Assembly: GCA_964016885.1 (NCBI GenBank)
Contig: OZ024758.1
Location: 25,110,001-25,174,000, forward strand
DNA from: Eledone cirrhosa
Lineage: Eukaryota
Length of the DNA: 64,000 nt
Reading direction: 5' to 3'
This document shows, one piece after another, positions 39,476 to 52,318 of the stretch. Within the stretch, counting starts at the first letter, position 1. Every line of letters begins with the position of its first letter. The notes beneath the pieces were generated by a model. It did no database searches. It worked only from the letters and a program-made list of their open reading frames with translations, and was not told the DNA's origin. The translations under genes were made by a program, and so were the position numbers.

Positions 39476-39944
39476 TCATCATCATCATTTTACGTCTGCT
39501 TTTCCCTGCTTGCAAGGGTGGGGCGGGAACTGATTCTGGCTTGATTTCTACAGCTGGATGCCCTTCCTAACACCAACCTCATTTACAGTGAGTGCTGGGT
39601 GCTTTTTATTCTCGTGGTGCCTACACGTCCACTTTACAGTGTGGGCTGGGTGCTTTTTTGCCGTGGCACCTCCACGACCACTTTACAGTGTGGGCTGGGT
39701 GCTTTTTTGTGCGGCACCTCCACGACCACTTTACAGTGTGGGCTGGGTGCTTTTTTATTCCGTGGCAGCTCCACGACCACTTTGCAGTGGAATGATAGGG
39801 ACCCCAGTCCTATCATCTCATTTCTACAGCTGAGTAAACTGGAGCAATGTGAAATAAAGTGTTGTGCTCAAGGAAACAACACATCACCTGGTCTGAGAAT
39901 TGAACTCACAACCTTTCGATTGCCAGGCCAATGCTCTAACCACT
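39476..39944 (-). mobile_element. CORE-SINE family 1 with an internal about 45-55-bp block repeated 3-4 times
   Basis: CCACTTTACAGTGTGGGCTGGGTGCTTTTT repeated at about 39630, 39678 and 39726. Confidence 0.85.
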
Positions 39945-39951
39945 GACCTTG

Positions 39952-40006
<55 letters not shown>

Positions 40007-40194
40007 TATTACACACACATAAACTCACAAGTATATATATACATATATACATCATACAAACATAGCTGTCAACTTGTCATCTACAGACTATGGATGTCAG
40101 CAATGCCCATACATGAGTTTAGAGTCAATAACAGCTTGTACAACAACACTAAAAAGAATATCACCTACTAAATCAAGTGACTGAGAAACAAGCA

Positions 40195-40613
40195 TTAACC
40201 CTCTATCATTCACATTATTTTATATATACTCTTATATTTTCACAGTAAAGGCTTTATCTCACATAATATTGAATCTATGAGATTTTGAAAGTATTTATTT
40301 TGAGAACAATACCTTAACATCAGTTTGAGCGACCAGTTACAGCCAGTTTCAACAGAAAGAGGTAGAGAATTCTGGCCAGTTTGAACACTAAAGGGGTAAA
40401 CTGGCTGTATCCGGCCAAAATTCTCTCGCCTCTTTCTGTTCAAACTGACAACAACTAGCTGCTCATACTTATGTTAAGGTATTTTTCTCAAAGTAAATAA
40501 CATCAAAATCTCATAGATACGGTATTATGTGAGGTAATTATGTGAGGTAAAGCCTTTACTGTGAAAATACAAAAGTATATATATAGAGAGTAATGTAAAT
40601 ACTAAAGGGTTAA
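40195..40613. mobile_element. Inverted dimer of family A MITEs sharing one central TIR
   Basis: TTAACCCTCT...CACTAAAGGGGTAAA followed directly by CTGGCTGTATCCGGCC...ACTAAAGGGTTAA. Confidence 0.85.
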
Positions 40614-40914
40614 TGAAAGTGACTAAACAATGATGAAAATGCTATATTCCATTCTTCACTTCTTGGAAAGACAAGAAACACTAAACTTAGTGTAGTTTTC
40701 TCAGGGGGATAATGAGAATGTGGCAAATGTATTTCTCTTGTTTTTATGTAAACAAGAAGAAATAGAAAGGAAAATACAAGCTAGCTCATAATAATTATAA
40801 TCTACACATTGAAAGTAAATATATTTGATTACTGCAAACTCATCTATGAACAATAAAGATGAAATCAAGAGTTGCAATATGTTTTGATGAGAAGTTACAA
40901 TTTAGTCCCCGTGG

Positions 40915-42650
40915 TGGTATGGTATGGAGTGGTATGGTATGGAGTAGTATGGTATGGTGTGGTGTAGTATGGTATGGTGTGGTATAGTATGGTGTGGTGT
41001 GGTGTGGTATGGTATGGTGTAGTATGGTATGGTGTGGTGTAGTATGGTGTGGTGTGGTGTAGCATGGTGTAGTATGGTATGTTATGGTGTGGTATGGTAT
41101 GGTATGGTATGGTGTGGTGTAGTATGGTGTGGTGTAGTATGGTATGGTGTGGTGTGGTGTGGTGTAGTATGGTATGGTGTAGTATGGTATGGTATGGTAT
41201 GGTATGGTATGGTGTAGTGTGGTGTAGTATGGTGTGGTGTGGTGTGGTATGGTATGGTGTGGTATGGTATTGTGGTTTGGTATGGTATGGTCTGGTCTAG
41301 TATGGTATGGTGTGGTATTGTGTGGTGTGGTTTGGTATGGTATGGTGTGGTATGGTATTGTGTGGTGTGGTTTGGTATGGTATGGTCTGGTCTAGTATGG
41401 TATGGTGTAGTATGGTATGGTGTGGTATGGTATGGTGTGGTTTGGTATGGTATGGTGTAGTATGGTATGGTGTGGTGTGATGTAGTATGGTATGGTGTGG
41501 TGTGGTATGGTATGGTGTGGTATGGTATTGTGTGGTGTGGTTTGGTATGGTATGGTCTGGTCTAGTATGGTATGGTGTGGTATTGTGTGGTGTGGTTTGG
41601 TATGGTATGGTCTGGTCTAGTATGGTATGGTGTAGTATGGTATGGTGTGGTATGGTATGGTGTGGTTTGGTATGGTATGGTGTAGTATGGTATGGTGTGA
41701 TGTAGTATGGTATGGTGTAGTATGGTATGGTGTGGTGTAGTATGGTAAGGTGTAGTATGGTATGGTGTGTTTTGGTATGGTATGGTGTGGTATGGTATTG
41801 TGTGGTGTGGTATGGTATGGTATGGTGTGGTGTGGTGTGGTTTGGTATGGTATGGTGTAGTATGGTATGGTGTGGTGTGGTGTAGTATGGTATGGTGTAG
41901 TATGGTATGGTGTGGTTTGGTATGGTATGGTGTAGTATGGTATGGTGTGGTGTAGTATGGTAAGGTGTAGTATGGTATGGTGTGGTTTGGTATGGTATGG
42001 TCTGGTCTAGTATGGTATGGTGTGGTATGGTATGGTGTGGTGTGGTGTGGTTTGGTATGGTATGGTGTAGTATGGTATGGTGTGGTGTGGTTTGGTATGG
42101 TATGGTCTGGTCTAGTATGGTATGGTGTGGTATGGTATGGTGTGGTGTGGTGTGGTTTGGTATGGTATGGTGTAGTATGGTATGGTGTGGTGTGGTTTGG
42201 TATGGTATGGTGTAGTATGGTGTGGTGTGGTGTAGTATGGTAAGGTGTAGTATGGTATGGTGTGGTTTGGTATGGTATGGTCTGGTCTAGTATGGTATGG
42301 TGTGGTATGGTATGGTATGGTGTGGTGTGGTGTGGTTTGGTATGGTATGGTGTAGTATGGTATGGTGTGGTGTGATGTAGTATGGTATGGTGTAGTATGG
42401 TATGGTGTGGTGTAGTATGGTAAGGTGTAGTATGGTATGGTGTGGTTTGGTATGGTATGGTCTGGTCTAGTATGGTATGGTGTGGTGTGGTGTGGTTTGG
42501 TATGGTATGGTGTAGTATGGTATGGTGTGGTGTGGTGTAGTATGGTATGGTGTGGTGTAGTATGGTAAGGTGTAGTATGGTATGGTGTGGTATGGTATGG
42601 TGTGGTAAGGTGTAGTATGGTATGGTATGGTATGATATAGTGTAGTATGG
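40915..42650. repeat. Pentanucleotide satellite (TGGTA/TGGTG/TAGTA)n, about 345 units
   Basis: Period 5; recurring rare variants TGGTCTGGTCTAG, TGGTT and TAAGG mark larger duplicated blocks. Confidence 0.97.
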
Positions 42651-43234
42651 TCCCTAAACTCCTGATATAGTCGGAGGGTCGCTATAGTGGCATACAGTGT
42701 TTCTTGGACATTTTAAGCCTGGCAGAGCCCACCCCTCTCCAGGCATGAATACAACAAATTTCTTCCAGAAAAGGATAGAAAGTGAGAAAGAGATATTAGA
42801 GGACGTATTACCCCAGTATTGGACTGGTACTTTTTTTATTGACCTTGAATGGATAAAAGTCAAAGTTGACCTCAGCGGGATTTGAACTCAGAGAGAAGAG
42901 AGCTGGAACAAATAGCACAAAGTATTCTATCCAGCGTTCTAACGACTCTGCCAATTAGCTGCCTTAATTGAATAATCACCAATGCTTAAATAAATTAAAT
43001 AAAACCTTGTAATATTATAAAAGTTACTCCCCTTTATAATATTTACACTTAATGAGTTTAACTAATTAATAATTGCTTCTACCTTTTGACACAAGGCCAG
43101 CAATTACCCAGTGCATTACTGGTACTTTATTTTATCGACCCCGTAAGGATGAAAGGCAAAGTTAACCTCGGCGGGATTTGAACTGAGAATAGTAAGCTAA
43201 TTAATAATACTGCCCAGTAAAGTTCAAAAGGTTA

Positions 43235-43777
43235 CCAACTCATTTTCAGTGAGTGCTGGGTTCTTTTTTGCCGTGGCACCTCAACAACCACTTTGCAGTG
43301 GAATGATATGGATCCCAGTCCCTATCATCTCATTTCTACAGCTGAGTAAACTGGAGCAATGTGAAATAAAGTGTCTTGCTCAAGGAAACAACACATCACC
43401 CGGTCTGAGAATTGAACTCACAACCTTTCGATTGCAAGGCCAATGCTCTAACCACTAAGCCATGTGCCTCCATATATATATATATATATGATACATATAT
43501 ATATATGATGTGTTGTTTCCTTGAGGAAGACACTTTATTTCACATTGCTCCAGTTTACTCAGCTGTAGAAATGAGATGATAGGGACTGGGGTCCCTATCA
43601 TTCCACTGCAAAGTGGTCGTGGAGGTGCCACGGCAAAAAAACACTCAGCACTCACTGTAAATGAGGTTGGTGTTAGGAAGGGCATCCAGCTGTAGAAATC
43701 AAGCCAGAATCAGTTCCCGTCCCACCCTTGCAAGCAGGGAAAAGCGGACGTAAAATGATGATGATGATGATGATGAT
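43235..43777. mobile_element. Second head-to-head CORE-SINE pair (- 43235-43472; + 43506-43777)
   Basis: Inverted arms separated by the tRNA head of the left copy and a (TA)n spacer. Confidence 0.9.
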
Positions 43778-44004
43778 TGAAGTAAACGAGGTATTGTATA
43801 AGGTAATCCAAGTAGAGGTTATGAGTAATCTGTACTGCGGATCATTTTAACGTGTGGCGTTGTTTGACTCAACAAGATGTTTACTTAGTTGTGGCGTTCA
43901 GATGGCCGATTCCAGACAGTTCATTCCTTCGTTATATATATATCTAAAGACATTTTTCCCAATTCCACCCCGCCCATCCCTTCAATCTATCTTATTTCTC
44001 ATTT

Positions 44005-44040
44005 TCTTCTGATGAAGGACTAGCGTCCGAAACGTTAAGA
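44005..44040 (+). ncRNA. Candidate minimal hammerhead motif of Penelope-like type, within a probable PLE remnant (about 43780-44135)
   Basis: TCTT-CTGATGA-A-GGAC(tagc)GTCC-GAAACGTT-AAGA: stem I TCTT/AAGA, stem II GGAC/GTCC, palindromic AACGTT stem III. Confidence 0.5.
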
Positions 44041-44131
44041 CCCTATTCCTGCTATATCAAGCGTTAACCTAATATATCCCTTTCATATACTGTACCGATT
44101 GTGTTGTTATTTCTGTTTACCTTTTACACAT

Positions 44132-44299
<168 letters not shown>

Positions 44300-44756
44300 C
44301 TATTCTATTTACTTCGTAATTTACCATTTATTTATCAGCTACTAATATTTACCATTAAGAGACATGCTAATTATCCAACACTACAATATCACTTAAATCT
44401 CTTATTTACATTCATAACGATACAACAACTAACTCCTCTGTTCTCATTTTCTGCTGATATGAGTGCCCAAAAGTAAAGGCAGACCTGGCTGTATGGGAAA
44501 GTTGAGGAAAGGACTATGAGAGCCATAAATGAGGGGAAAAGCAAGGACTCTAGGGTCACAGAAGGGGGTAGGTGATGGGTTGAGGGCCTAGGAGAGGCAC
44601 GGCAGTGTTGGGGTTGTATCATTGCCGATATTTTCCAATATCCAATCGAATCCAGGGCCTTTTCACTCGAGTTGGAAGAACCCCTAAACAAACTATTATT
44701 TTCTAACAACCAGAGTTATTTACCACTTGAAATATTCATGTTGATACAGTCTGGCT

Positions 44757-46594
44757 TTAACCCTTTAGCATTTACATTACTCTATATATACTATTATATT
44801 CTCACGGTGAAGGCTTTACCTCACATAATATCTCACATACCATTTACATTACTCTATATATACTATTATATTCTCACGGTGAAGGCTTTACCTCACATAA
44901 TATCTCACATACCATTTACATTACTCTATATATACTATTGTATTCTCACGGCGAAGGCTTTACCTCACATAATATCTCACATACCATTTACATTACTCTA
45001 TATATACTATTGTATTTTCACAGTAAAGGCTTTACCTCACATAATATCTCACATACCATTTACATTACTCTATATATACTATTGTATTCTCACGGCGAAG
45101 GCTTTACCTCACATAATATCTCACATACCATTTACATTACTCTATATATACTATTGTATTTTCACGGTAAAGGCTTTACCTCACATAATATCTCACATAC
45201 CATTTACATTACTCTATATATACTATTGTATTCTCACGGCGAAGGCTTTACCTCACATAATATCTCACATACCATTTACATTACTCTATATATACTATTG
45301 TATTTTCACAGTAAAGGCTTTACCTCACATAATATCTCACATACCATTTACATTACTCTATATATACTATTGTATTTTCACAGTAAAGGCTTTACCTCAC
45401 ATAATATCTCACATACCATTTACATTACTCTATATATACTATTGTATTTTCACAGTAAAGGCTTTACCTCACATAATATCTCACATACCATTTACATTAC
45501 TCTATATATACTATTGTATTTTCACAGTAAAGGCTTTACCTCACATAATACCTCACATACCATTTACATTACTCTATATATACTATTGTATTTTCACAGT
45601 AAAGGCTTTACCTCACATAATACCTCACATACCATTTACATTACTCTATATATACTATTGTATTTTCACAGTAAAGGCTTTACCTCACATAATACCTCAC
45701 ATACCATTTACATTACTCTATATATACTATTGTATTTTCACAGTAAAGGCTTTACCTCACATAATATCTCACATACCATTTACATTACTCTATATATACT
45801 ATTGTATTTTCACAGTAAAGGCTTTACCTCACATAATACCTCACATACCATTTACATTACTCTATATATACTATTGTATTTTCACAGTAAAGGCTTTACC
45901 TCACATAATACCTCACATACCATTTACATTACTCTATATATACTATTGTATTTTCACAGTAAAGGCTTTACCTCACATAATATCTCACATACCATTTACA
46001 TTACTCTATATATACTATTGTATTTTCACAGTAAAGGCTTTACCTCACATAATACCTCACATACCATTTACATTACTCTATATATACTATTGTATTTTCA
46101 CAGTAAAGGCTTTACCTCACATAATACCTCACATACCATTTACATTACTCTATATATACTATTGTATTTTCACAGTAAAGGCTTTACCTCACATAATATC
46201 TCACATACCATTTACATTACTCTATATATACTATTGTATTTTCACAGTAAAGGCTTTACCTCACATAATACCTCACATACCATTTACATTACTCTATATA
46301 TACTATTGTATTTTCACAGTAAAGGCTTTACCTCACATAATACCTCACATACCATTTACATTACTCTATATATACTATTGTATTCTCACGGCGAAGGCTT
46401 TACCTCACATAATATCTCACATAACATTTACATTACTCTATATATACTATTACATTCTCCGGCGAAGATTTTGATATTATTTATTTTGATAACAATACCT
46501 TAACATCAGTATAAGTGGTCAGTTACAGGCAGTTTGAACAGAAACGCGAGATAATTCTGGCCGGATATGGCCGGTTTAAATCCTAAAGGATTAA
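44757..46594. mobile_element. Family A MITE with internal 72-bp tandem array (23 full units plus a partial unit)
   Basis: TTAACCCTTTAG left end; units start at 44769+72n up to 46425; MITE body resumes and ends TCCTAAAGGATTAA. Confidence 0.95.
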
Positions 46595-47619
46595 TGTTAG
46601 TCCCCAGTATTATTATTTTTGTTCTCATCATAGACTCTACATCCACACTGCTGGATGTTATGTAACACTGTTTACTGTTTACTTGTTTTTGCTATTTCCT
46701 CTTATGTTCCACTCCCATCAAATAACAAGGTTTGATACCATCTCTGGTGATGTCCACACCAACCCCGATTATTAATGTATGTGCGTAAATGCTGCATGTG
46801 CATGTAATGGATCTGGGGATATCTTTAACCCATCCCGGATTTTAGCAAGTTGTTTAGGAAAACCCTGAGAAAATTCAGGAAAGTTTGTCATCGAGCTAAC
46901 AAAAACAAGAATGTTCAGATTTCATTTGGCAGTATTGGTGGAGCATCAGACACCATGCTTTGCAGCATGGAGTTATGGCCCTTTAGGTTCCGAGTTCAAA
47001 TCTGGCTGAGGTTAGCTTTGCCTTTCATTCTTACAGGGACCGATAAAATAAAGTACCAGCGATGCACTGGAGTCGATTTAATCGACTTCCGCCCCCTCCC
47101 CTAAAATTGTTGGCCTTGTGCCTAGAACGGAAACCATTAGAGACATAGAGCTATAGCCCTTTACGTTCTGAGTTCAATTCTCGCTGAGGTTAACTTTACC
47201 TTTCATCCCTACGGGGTCGATAAAATAAAGTACCAGTAATGCACTGGGCTATTGCTGGCCTTGTGCCAAAAGTAGAAACAGTTATTAACACTAGCTAGGG
47301 TGTAAGAGATTGGATGGGTGGGAAACAAGTGAAATATCAAAGTATAGGAATACATAGATAGACACCGATCTGCAGAGGACTTCTCTTTTTTTTAAAAGTT
47401 TTTACGAGTTTTTAGAGTTCATGACTTTAACAGCATCTCCAAAATTAGTGAAGTCAGTTCTCTTGGGTGGGTAAGAATGATATGTTAGGGGAGTAGGCTT
47501 TCTGTTAGTTGAGAAGTGGTTAGAGATTGCAATAAAGTTATCAAACTTAGAATTTTATGTGCCCTTTTTATAGGTGTGCTCCTCCCTGTCGGTGATAATG
47601 GGTAACCTTTCAGGTATTG

Positions 47620-48685
47620 TTAACCCTTTAGCATTAACATTACTCTATATATACTATTGTATTTTCACGGTAAAGGCTTTACCTCGCATAATTATCTCAC
47701 ATAACATTTACATTACTCTATATATACTATTGTATTTTCACGGTAAAGGCTTTACCTCACATAATTATCTCACATAACATTAACATTTCTCTATATATAC
47801 TATTGTATTTTCACGGTAAAGGCTTTACCTCACATAATTATCTCACATAACATTAACATTTCTCTATATATACTATTGTATTTTCACGGTAAAGGCTTTA
47901 CCTCACATAATTATCTCACATAACATTAACATTTCTCTATATATACTATTGTATTTTCACGGTAAAGGCTTTACCTCACATAATTATCTCACATAACATT
48001 AACATTTCTCTATATATACTATTGTATTTTCACGGTAAAGGCTTTACCTCACATAATTATTTCACATAACATTAACATTTCTCTATATATACTATTGTAT
48101 TTTCACGGTAAAGGCTTTACCTCACATAATTATCTCACATAACATTAACATTTCTCTATATATACTATTGTATTTTCACGGTAAAGGCTTTACCTCGCAT
48201 AATTATTTCACATAATATCTCACATAACATTAACATTTCTCTATATATACTATTGTATTTTCACGGTAAAGGCTTTACCTCGCATAATTATTTCACATAA
48301 TATCTCACATAACATTAACACTACTCTATATTTACAATTATATTTTCACTGTAAAGGCTTTACCTCACATAATTATCTCACATAACATTAACATTTCTCT
48401 ATATATACTATTGTATTTTCACGGTAAAGGCTTTACCTCACATAATTATTTCACATAATATCTCACATAACATTAACACTACTCTATATTTACAATTATA
48501 TTTTCACTGTAAAGGCTTTACCTCACATAATTATTTCACATAATATCGAATCTATGAGATTTTGATATATTTGTTTCAAGAACAATACCTTAACATAAGT
48601 ATGAGTAGCAAGTTGCACCAGTTTGAACAAAAAGAGATGAGAGAATTCTGGCCAGAAACAGTAGGTTTAAATGCTAAAGGGTTAA
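47620..48685. mobile_element. Family A MITE with internal 73-bp (some about 84-bp) tandem array, about 12 units
   Basis: Intact TIRs and TTAA; units at 47632, 47705, 47778, 47851... Confidence 0.95.
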
Positions 48686-49397
48686 GCTGTGTTCTTTCCC
48701 TGTACAACTGCTGAGTGATTACATAACTTATTTGGAGATTTAGGATTAGTGACTTTTGGTTATGTAATGGATACAGAGTGGCATAACTAAAAAGATTTTA
48801 TTAGTCATCTGCTTAGCTATCTCAGTATATTTCCTGACAAAGGCAGGCGATGTAGAATTGAAGTTAGCTGACTTGAAGCAATAGAGGGTTTTAATATCAA
48901 GATACCAGACAGGTCAACTCTTGCCATCGGACAGTGAGATCTCCCACCCATTTTGAGAGGTCTTCTCTTGTGAAAACGGGTATAGCTTTCATTATGTAAA
49001 ATCTCCCCATTTTGCCTCATTTTCCCCCCATTTTAAGGCACTTTTTTTTCATGATATTCCTTGTTTGGGTTTTTAGAGGTTGGCAGGTCTGTGATATAGA
49101 TGTAATAGAACAATGTTGGGTGGGTTGATTTTGAGCAGTGAACTAACCTAAAGATGACAGAGTCAGTCATGTCAGAAACAAGTTTAAAGATTGGGAACCT
49201 CTGTGCTACAGACAATCAAAGATTATCAACAAAACTACTGCATCAGCAATACACAATGGTCTTATCGCAATGGAATGGAATGGACCTCAGTCAGTTTCAA
49301 TGATGAGTGCTCCAGTTGTTCAGTCAACAGAAAGGGCTGCTTGTGAAATTAATATGTAAATAACTGAGCATTTGATTTGATATGCGAACCCCTAATG

Positions 49398-49555
49398 TAC
49401 TGTATATACTCAAATATAAGCTGACGCCACTATTTTATGTCTGAATTTGAAGTTGGTGAAAATTGTCAAAATATTGACCATGAATAAATCAACCCCCTTC
49501 TACCATTGATTTTTCGGTCACATATTCCTCGGCTTATATTCAAGTATATATGGTA
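49398..49555. mobile_element. Tc1/pogo-type MITE inserted in a SINE remnant
   Basis: TA-CTGTATATACTCAAATATAAGCTGA ... TCGGCTTATATTCAAGTATATATGG-TA. Confidence 0.7.
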
Positions 49556-49837
49556 ATTCTCAGGGAGATTCAGCATGACAAGGCTGGCCCTTTAAATTAC
49601 AGGTACAGTCCATCCAATGGGCATCAAAACAGTTTCTGTCTACCCAATTTCACTCACACAGTATGGACGAAGATATGGTAAATGACACTCGCCCAAGATG
49701 CCACGCAGTGGGATCAAACCCCCGGACCTAATGGTTGCAAAGAAGGTTCTTAAACCAACAGCCATGCAGCATTCATTCCAACTGAAATACAACACAATTA
49801 TATAGAGCAGACATAAACAACCTTTTTCAAGCAGCAG

Positions 49838-50018
49838 GCAGTATGAGATATGGCTCACCATAAGGCATCAGTATTAGATATGTCTCCCCATAAGGCATCT
49901 GTATGAGATATAGCTCACCATAAGGCAGCTACATGGGATTTGGCTCACCATAACGCAGCTACATGAGATATGGCTACCCATAAGGCAGCTACATGGGATA
50001 TGGCTCACCATAAGGCAG
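49838..50018. repeat. 30-bp minisatellite, 6 units
   Basis: CATAAGGCAGCTACATGGGATATGGCTCAC-like unit; ATAAGGCA recurs every 30 bp. Confidence 0.9.
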
Positions 50019-50371
50019 GCCCCTTTACTAAAAAACTAAAAAATTTTGAAATTAAGCATGCCATTCAGAAAGGAAAACAGACTGTATGGGGGTCATAGTT
50101 TGTCCTTGACTAGTATAATTCATAGTGAGAAATAAGTTGAAACAAAACTCTGCTGTATATGAAAGAGTAAACATAGAAGATTTAATTATAGCTGTGTTAC
50201 ACAAGGAGAATAATAGAAGGGAGTGTGTCTGTGTATTAGATCGTATGTAATTGAAATATCTTTCTCAACAATAAACAAGATAAAAAATGAAATGAAAAAA
50301 AAATAGAGTTGTTATGCACAAAAAATTGTTTAAAAGCATGAAATCTTACAAATATACACACATATATAACC

Positions 50372-50669
50372 AGGTGATGTGTTGTGTCCTTGAGCAAGAC
50401 ACTTTATTTCACATTGCTCCAGTTTACTCAGCTGTAGAAATGAGATGATAGGGACTGGGGTCCCTATCATTCCACTATAAAGTGGACGTGTAGGCACCAC
50501 GGAAAAAAAAAAAGCACCCAGCCCACACTGTAAATGGAGTTGGTGTTAGGAAGGGCATCCAGCTGTAGAAATCAAGCCAGAATCAGTTCCCGTCCCACCC
50601 TTGCAAGCAGGGAAAAGCGGACGTAAAATGACGATGATGAAGATGATGATGATGATGATGATGATGATG
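50372..50669 (+). mobile_element. CORE-SINE family 1, 5'-truncated
   Basis: CORE, tail and (GAT)n present. Confidence 0.85.
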
Positions 50670-51522
50670 AATTAAAAGGAACAAACGGATGAATGATTAT
50701 AAAATGCCAATTCATAAAAGATAATATTAATGATATGCATGGCAATGATTTTAAGTTCCATCCCATTGCACACAACCTTGAGCAAATGCTTAGTAGCAAT
50801 ACTACTATTAGTGGCACTTCTTCGGTTACGACGACAAATGTTCCAGTTGATACAATCAACGAAACAGCAGGCTTGTGAAATTAACATACAAGTGGCAGAG
50901 CATTCCACAAACACACGTACCCTTAACGTAGTTCTCAGGGAGATTCGGTGTGACACTATGTGACAAGACTGGTCCTTCAAATTACAGGTACAACTTATTT
51001 TTCCCAGCTGAGTGGACTGGAGTAACGTGAAATAAAGTGTCTTGCTCAAGGACACAGCAAATTGCCGGGAATTGAACTCATAACCTTTCAATCGTGAGCA
51101 GAATAACCTATCCACAAAACCACATGCATTTACTCTCTTTCTATAACCTCAGGCTAACTAATGTTTTGTAAGTGAAATTGGTACACAGAAATTGTATGGA
51201 AGCCTATCGCTATCACCATCATTTAACATCTGTTTTCTCTGCTTATGCTAAGCATAAACAGTTGTCTGTAACTTAGCAGCTCAATGTGCAAAGATCAGTA
51301 TCTTACTAAGAGATGTGTAAAGATTAATATCAGAAAGAGCATCTGGTCATATAATCCTGCTTCAAAAAGTCTTGCCTAACTCATGCAAACTTTAAAAAAG
51401 CAGAGATTCAAACAATGGTGATATGATGGTTTTTCTCCACTTTTTTTTTGCACAGCTGTGTCATATGTTAAAAACAGATGGAAATAGAGCAGCTCCAAAT
51501 ATGTACTATAACAACAAGGAGT

Positions 51523-51974
51523 TTAACCCTTTTGATACCAGGTTATGTGATAATAATCTGTTATTTTAATGTATTTATATTTATTCTAAATCCTTCCATC
51601 ATAATTTTATGTAAAAACCTTTATTAACCCTTTAGCATTTACATTACTCTATATTTACTATTGTATTTTCATGGTAAAGGCTTTATCTCACATAATGTCG
51701 AATTTACAAGATTTTGATATTATCTATTTTGAGAATACCTTAACATAAGTATGAGCAGCCATTTACAGCTGGTTTGAACAGAAAGAGGTGAGAGAATTCT
51801 GGCCGGATATGGCCAGTTTAAATGCTAAAGGGTTAAGTTATTTTCCAAACATCAACTTAATCACAAGAGAGTTAGTTATATTACTAAATCCTATGAAAAT
51901 CTTAAATGTCTTGAAAATGATTTGAAAATCATATGCAGTGTATTCTGCTAGAAATATGGAAATGAAAGGGTTAA
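51523..51974. mobile_element. Family B piggyBac-type MITE with a family A MITE (51624-51836) nested at a TTAA
   Basis: Outer TTAACCCTTTTG...GAAAGGGTTAA; inner TTAACCCTTTAGCATTT...AAATGCTAAAGGGTTAA. Confidence 0.85.
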
Positions 51975-52129
51975 AGCAATCTATATTGCTAAAGGAAGGA
52001 TTAAGCCTAGTGAGGCCCATAACTAGTTTCTCCATTTATGTTCCAAATATGAACTAACACTGATAATTTATAGTACAAGCGTATCACGACAGAGGAGAAG
52101 TAGAAAAAAATTAATTATACGCTGCTCAC

Positions 52130-52318
52130 CTGATCTCGAAGCCGCACAGCAGCTCTATAAAAGACTGTGTCCTTAGCATTATATGTTAAGCAATTCTTTA
52201 TCATAAGTTCAAAGTCTGCTTGAAATTCATCAATGGTTTTGTAAATGTGGCCATCGACTTTCTTCCTAATTGTCGAGAAATCCATGGGGTGTTCAATGTA
52301 TTCCAAGTAGTCTGGGAC
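52130..52318 (-). CDS. BRPF1: BRPF1-family exon C, bromodomain core
   Basis: ccttag|GTC...GATCAG|gtgagc; 189 nt, phase 0-0; [63 protein letters not shown], with PMD motif and acetyl-lysine-binding YN. Confidence 0.97.

Noticed and set aside
41029-42243. VWYGM-repeat ORFs
   Set aside because: Translations of the pentamer satellite
44672-46503. 600-aa and 521-aa ORFs made of 24-aa repeats
   Set aside because: By-product of a 72-bp (multiple of 3) MITE-internal array; the sister 73-bp arrays break the frame, the starts are non-ATG, and the ORFs are antisense within an intron
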